Translations under genes and position numbers: made by a program
Notes under the pieces: model-generated
Told to the model about the DNA's origin: nothing
What the model saw: the letters and a program-made list of their open reading frames with translations, nothing else
Databases searched by the model: none
NCBI GenBank assembly: GCA_012520435.1
Contig: JAAYOI010000019.1
Span: 1 to 62,583 of the forward strand
Origin: Mollicutes bacterium
GTDB taxonomy: Bacteria; Bacillota_I; Bacilli_A; RF39; UBA660
DNA: 62,583 nt
Reading direction: 5' to 3'
Shown: positions 58,796 to 62,583 of the stretch, in pieces
Layout: each line of letters starts with the position of its first letter
How positions within the stretch are numbered: position 1 is the stretch's first letter

Positions 58796-60337
58796 ATGAG
58801 TGTTGAAATGATCCATGATTATGAATCAAGAGAAAAATTACAATCAGGTATTAATAAGCTTGCAAATGTTGTAAAAGGGACTTTAGGTCCTAAAGGAAGA
58901 TATGTTATTATTGATAAACCTTATGGTTCACCACTTATTACTAATGATGGGGTAACGATTGCTAAAGCTATTGAATTTGAAGACAAATTTGAAAATATGG
59001 GAGCTAAATTAGTAAAAGAAGTTTCATCAAAAACGGAAGAATTTAGTGGTGATGGAACAACAACAGCTATTATTTTAACACAATCAATTTTAAATCAAGG
59101 CTTAAGATATGTTAATAATGGTGCAAGTCCTAGATTTATTAAATCAGGTATTGAAAAAACAACTAAAAAGTTAGTTGAAGAATTAAAGAAAATATCTAGA
59201 CCAGTTGCTAGTAAAGAAGATACCAAAAATATCGCAACCGTTAGTTCAAAAAGTGAAGAGATTGGTGAGTTAATTAGTGATGCATTAGAAAAGGTTACTA
59301 AAGATGGAGTTGTAACTGTTGAAGAAGGAAAAAGTTTTGAAACAACTATTGAAGTTCTTCACGGTTATCACTTTGATAATGGATTTGCTTCACCATATCT
59401 TGCTGATGATCAAAAGAATATGACATCAACCTTAAATCAACCATTAGTTTTGCTTTATAGTGATAAATTAAATCATATTAATGATATATTATCAATTTTA
59501 GAAGAAATAATGGCTCAAGGAAAAGAATTATTAATTATTGCTGATGATTTTAGTGAAGACTTTATTTCAACTATTGTTATGAACAAAATTAGAGGCGTTT
59601 TAAATGTTGTTTTAGTTAAAGCTCCAGGATATGGAACTGATAAAGAAAATATTTTAAAAGATTTATCAGTATTATTAAAAACTAATGTATATAAAAAAGC
59701 TAACGATTTAAAAGATTTAATTATCGAAAATTTAGGTACATGTAATAAGATTGAAATTAAGAAAAATCAAACTATTATTTTTGCTGATCGTACTAAGGAA
59801 ATTGATGAATATGTTGAACAATTAAAAGAAGATGAAGAAAAAAATAAGAAGAGAATTGCTAAACTTGTTGGTGGAATTGGTGTTATTAAAGTTGGAGCAA
59901 GTACGGAAACTGAAGCTAAAGAAAAGAAAATAAGAATTGAAGATGCATTGCTTGCTACTAAAGCTGCTATGGAAGAAGGTGTAGTAGCAGGTGGTGGCAT
60001 TGCTTTATTAAAAGCAATGGAAAATGTTAAAGTTGATTTAATTAATGAAGATGAAAGAAATGGCTATAATATTGTTAAAAAAGCTATTGAGGAACCATTA
60101 AAACAAATTGTAATTAATAGTGGAGATAGTGGTGAAGTTGCCTTTAATTACATCAAAAAACATAACTTTGATATTGGATATGATGCCCTTGATGGTGAAT
60201 ACAAGGATATGTTTAAAGCAGGAATCATTGATCCATTAAAAAATATTAGAATTGCATTAGAAAATGCCGTATCAATAACTAATTTAATTCTTTTAACTGG
60301 GGTTGCTATTACCGAAAAGAAAAAAGAAGATAAATAA
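58796..60337 (+). CDS. groEL: Chaperonin GroEL (divergent, 513 aa, no GGM tail)
   Basis: TLGPKGR, ITNDGVTIAKAIE, GDGTTTA, VKAPGYG, IEDALLATKAAMEEGVVAGGG. Ends ...ITEKKKEDK. Confidence 0.92.
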   Translation: MSVEMIHDYESREKLQSGINKLANVVKGTLGPKGRYVIIDKPYGSPLITNDGVTIAKAIEFEDKFENMGAKLVKEVSSKTEEFSGDGTTTAIILTQSILNQGLRYVNNGASPRFIKSGIEKTTKKLVEELKKISRPVASKEDTKNIATVSSKSEEIGELISDALEKVTKDGVVTVEEGKSFETTIEVLHGYHFDNGFASPYLADDQKNMTSTLNQPLVLLYSDKLNHINDILSILEEIMAQGKELLIIADDFSEDFISTIVMNKIRGVLNVVLVKAPGYGTDKENILKDLSVLLKTNVYKKANDLKDLIIENLGTCNKIEIKKNQTIIFADRTKEIDEYVEQLKEDEEKNKKRIAKLVGGIGVIKVGASTETEAKEKKIRIEDALLATKAAMEEGVVAGGGIALLKAMENVKVDLINEDERNGYNIVKKAIEEPLKQIVINSGDSGEVAFNYIKKHNFDIGYDALDGEYKDMFKAGIIDPLKNIRIALENAVSITNLILLTGVAITEKKKEDK

Positions 60338-60344
60338 AGATAAT

Positions 60345-60375
60345 AGAGTATTTAAAATTTAATACTCTTTTTTTT
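60345..60375 (+). terminator. Intrinsic terminator after groEL
   Basis: AGAGTATT-TAAAATTT-AATACTCT plus T7. Confidence 0.7.
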
Positions 60376-60433
60376 ATGTCTGTTTTTAACCAAAATGGAT
60401 ATATGTCATAAACTATCTTAGAGGAGGGATAAA

Positions 60434-61819
60434 ATGATAGTAATTGATGCTGGACATGGTGGAGATGATCCTGGAGCAATAGGAAATAATATAATTGAAA
60501 AAGATTTAAATTTAGATATTTCTAAATATATGTATAATCGTTTTCGTGAATTAGGAGTTCCTGTACAAATGACACGAACTACTGATGAAACATTACCACC
60601 AGATGAAAGAGTAAGAAGAGTTATTAATGCTTTTGGTAATAATCCCAATGTTATTGTTTTATCTAATCATATAAATGCTGGTGTTGGAGATGGTGCTGAA
60701 GTTATTTATGCATTACGTAATACCAGTACATTACCTAACTTAATTTTAGAAGAGTTGGCAAAGGCTGGGCAAAATATAAGAAAAGCATATCAACGACGTT
60801 TGCCATCTGATACAGCTAAAGATTATTATTTTATGCAAAGAGAAACGGGAAATACGCAAGCTATTACCATTGAATATGGTTTTTTAGATAATGCGGCGGA
60901 TGCCGCTCAATTAAAAAATAATTGGCAAAATTATGCAGAAGCAGTTGTTAAAGCAGTAATGCAATATTTAAAATTGCCTTATATACCACCTGTTGGCATT
61001 GATGTTTATATAGTTCAACCAGGTGATACTTTATGGAGTATTGCTAAAAAATTAAATACAACGGTTGATGATTTAAAAGCGACCAATAATTTAACAACCA
61101 ATTTATTAAGTGTCGGTCAAATATTAAAAATACCATCAGTTGAACCGGTTCCTATACCACCAGTGCCTGGAGAATATACTGAATATGTAGTTAAATCAGG
61201 TGATACATTATACTCAATAGCTAAAAGATATGGTATAAGTGTTGATAAATTAATACAATTTAACAATTTAAAAACATCTGATTTAAGTATTGGTCAAATA
61301 TTAAAAATACCAACTCCAGGTGTAACACCACCAATCGAAGTTCCAAGTGGTGAATTTATATCTTATACAGTACAACCAGGAGATAATCTATATTCAATAG
61401 CTCAAAGATATAATACTACAATTGATGAATTAATGAAAACAAATAATTTAACAACCACCTTGTTAAGCATAGGACAAATATTAAAAATACCTGTTACACC
61501 TTCAATACCACTAGAACCTACTCCTGAATATATCGAATATATTGTTCAACCGGGAGATAATTTATATGCAATTGCTAAAAAGTATGATACGACAACTACT
61601 GAAATAATGCAGTTTAATAATCTTAAAAGTAATTTATTAAGTATCGGTCAAGTATTAAAGATTCCTAAAAGTTCTTCAGGACAAATAACTTATGTAGTAA
61701 AAAGTGGCGATAATTTATATTCAATCGCTAAAAAGTATAATACAACGGTTGATGAAATTAAAATAAAGAATAATTTAAAAAGTAATTTATTAAATATTGG
61801 TCAAGTATTAGTTATATAA
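60434..61819 (+). CDS. N-acetylmuramoyl-L-alanine amidase (Amidase_3) with five C-terminal LysM domains and no signal peptide
   Basis: 461 aa. MIVIDAGHGGDDPGA at the extreme N-terminus. Five repeats of Y.V..GD.L..IA..Y......L...N.L....L..GQ.LKIP separated by P-rich linkers. Confidence 0.9.
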   Translation: MIVIDAGHGGDDPGAIGNNIIEKDLNLDISKYMYNRFRELGVPVQMTRTTDETLPPDERVRRVINAFGNNPNVIVLSNHINAGVGDGAEVIYALRNTSTLPNLILEELAKAGQNIRKAYQRRLPSDTAKDYYFMQRETGNTQAITIEYGFLDNAADAAQLKNNWQNYAEAVVKAVMQYLKLPYIPPVGIDVYIVQPGDTLWSIAKKLNTTVDDLKATNNLTTNLLSVGQILKIPSVEPVPIPPVPGEYTEYVVKSGDTLYSIAKRYGISVDKLIQFNNLKTSDLSIGQILKIPTPGVTPPIEVPSGEFISYTVQPGDNLYSIAQRYNTTIDELMKTNNLTTTLLSIGQILKIPVTPSIPLEPTPEYIEYIVQPGDNLYAIAKKYDTTTTEIMQFNNLKSNLLSIGQVLKIPKSSSGQITYVVKSGDNLYSIAKKYNTTVDEIKIKNNLKSNLLNIGQVLVI

Positions 61820-61866
61820 ATATCAAAAAGACATTTTAATGACTTTTTAATAATTATAGATTAAGC

Positions 61867-61895
61867 TTGATATGGTAATGGTAAATTGCTATAAT
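61867..61895 (+). promoter_or_regulatory. Near-consensus sigma-A promoter of the frameshifted gene
   Basis: TTGATA, 17-nt spacer, TATAAT. Confidence 0.6.
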
Positions 61896-61910
61896 TTATT
61901 TGGTGGTTAT

Positions 61911-62442
61911 ATGATTATTAATTATTCTAATCAAAAAGTAATTAAGGGACAAAAATCTATTTTTTTTTGCTGGTCCTACACCAAGAAGAAGTGATATTAA
62001 ATCATGGCGAATAGAAGCAATCGAAAAAATAAAAAAAATAGGATTTGATGGAATAGTATATATTCCAGAATATGAAGGATTTCAAGGTAGAGCAGATTAT
62101 GTTAATCAAGCCATGTGGGAAAGAGAGGCATTAACTGAAGCGACTGTTATCATGTTTTGGATACCAAGAAAAATACCTAATATGCCAGCTTTTACAACCA
62201 ATGTTGAATTTGGTTATTGGATACATACTGGTAAGATAATATATGGAAGACCAGATGATGCTGAAAAGATTAAATATTTAGATTGGTTATATAAACTAGA
62301 ATATGGAAAAGAACCAATTAATAATTTAGATCTTCTGCTAAAAGAAAGTATTAGATTATGTAATGAATTATATAATCAAAATAAATATAAAACTGATCAA
62401 GATAAGGTTAAAAATAAAAACTACACAAATAAAAATGTGTAG
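61911..62442 (+). pseudogene. Nucleoside 2-deoxyribosyltransferase-like (Nuc_deoxyri_tr2) gene interrupted by a +1 frameshift in a T9 run
   Basis: MIINYSNQKVIKGQKSIFF then T9 at 61960-61968. With T8 the frame continues AGPTPRRSDIKSWRIEAIEKI...EYEGFQGRADYVNQAMWEREAL... into ORF 62113-62442 (FWIPRK..MPAFTTNVEFGYW). Confidence 0.75.
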
Positions 62443-62447
62443 TTTTT
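62411..62447. terminator. Bidirectional terminator between convergent genes
   Basis: CTACACA-N8-TGTGTAG flanked by A/T runs. Confidence 0.55.
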
Positions 62448-62583
62448 ATCTTAATTGGATACAAACACCGGGTACAGGTTGATAAAAACAATGAGATTTA
62501 TAACGTCCAGCTAATTGTTGACCCCACCAAGTTGGTGAACAGCTTTCTCCTGATTTTGGTGCATAAAACCATAAAGCATGAGT
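62446..62583 (-). CDS. C-terminal 45 codons of a CwlJ/SleB-family spore cortex-lytic hydrolase (runs off the window)
   Basis: ..ALWFYAPKSGESCSPTWWGQQLAGRYKSHCFYQPVPGVC.. parallels the recalled B. subtilis CwlJ ..SLWYFRPQGDCPAQWYNQPFVARFKSHCFYQPTAETC. Confidence 0.7.
   Translation of the reverse strand, partial: THALWFYAPKSGESCSPTWWGQQLAGRYKSHCFYQPVPGVCIQLR

Noticed and set aside
60434-61819. Amidase-LysM gene as a prophage endolysin marking a prophage
   Set aside because: No holin, portal, terminase, integrase or att-like repeats lie nearby. The flanking genes are groEL and a small metabolic-type gene.

Overview
This is a 62.6-kb replication-origin region from a very AT-rich Bacillota chromosome (about 30% G+C by eye, not computed). 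It uses the standard genetic code: TGA is a genuine stop for rnpA, mnmG and secY. bofA, cwlD, yaaT/ricT and a cwlJ/sleB-type fragment suggest an endospore-forming lineage. Short, divergent GroESL, a minimal SRP RNA, the absence of L30 and several decaying genes suggest a reduced, fast-evolving genome. Transcription diverges from a bipartite oriC at about 13.7-15.5 kb. The left arm (- strand) reads dnaA-dnaN-comK-recF-gyrB-gyrA-[parS array]-ffs-tadA-dnaX-ybaB-recR-bofA-holB-yaaT-yabB. The right arm (+ strand) begins rpmH-rnpA-yidC-jag-mnmE-[orphan ATP-grasp]-mnmG-rsmG-[Noc-like ParB]-uvrB-DUF360-lgt-trxB-ychF-membrane protein-rpsF-ssb-rpsR. It continues with the full S10/spc/alpha cluster, then SDR-ecfA1-ecfA2-ecfT-truA-(lipoprotein, - strand)-rplM-rpsI. 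It ends with [two RNA-modification pseudogenes]-patatin-HAD-cwlD-[Abi_2/HEPN]-htrA-groES-groEL-amidase/5xLysM-[frameshifted deoxyribosyltransferase-like gene]-cwlJ fragment. I found no rRNA, tRNA, CRISPR or IS elements. The most unusual signal is a chromosome-segregation module. Six near-perfect parS sites sit in 234 bp, partly as a 38-bp tandem duplication. Two Noc-binding-site-like CCCGGGAAAT motifs are written into tadA with GC-rich codons. A Noc-type ParB paralogue lacks the membrane-targeting N-terminus and carries an acidic insertion of about 270 aa, and its promoter is flanked by three exact NBS half-sites. No soj/spo0J genes are present at this locus. The secondary candidates are as follows:
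- A stand-alone Abi_2/HEPN gene between cwlD and htrA.
- A patatin-HAD cassette that appears to have truncated an rluA-type gene.
- An orphan ATP-grasp gene splitting mnmE from mnmG.
- comK in the dnaN-recF slot.
- A T9 homopolymer frameshift behind a consensus promoter.

All family assignments rest on motif recognition and recalled reference sequences. No database search was possible.
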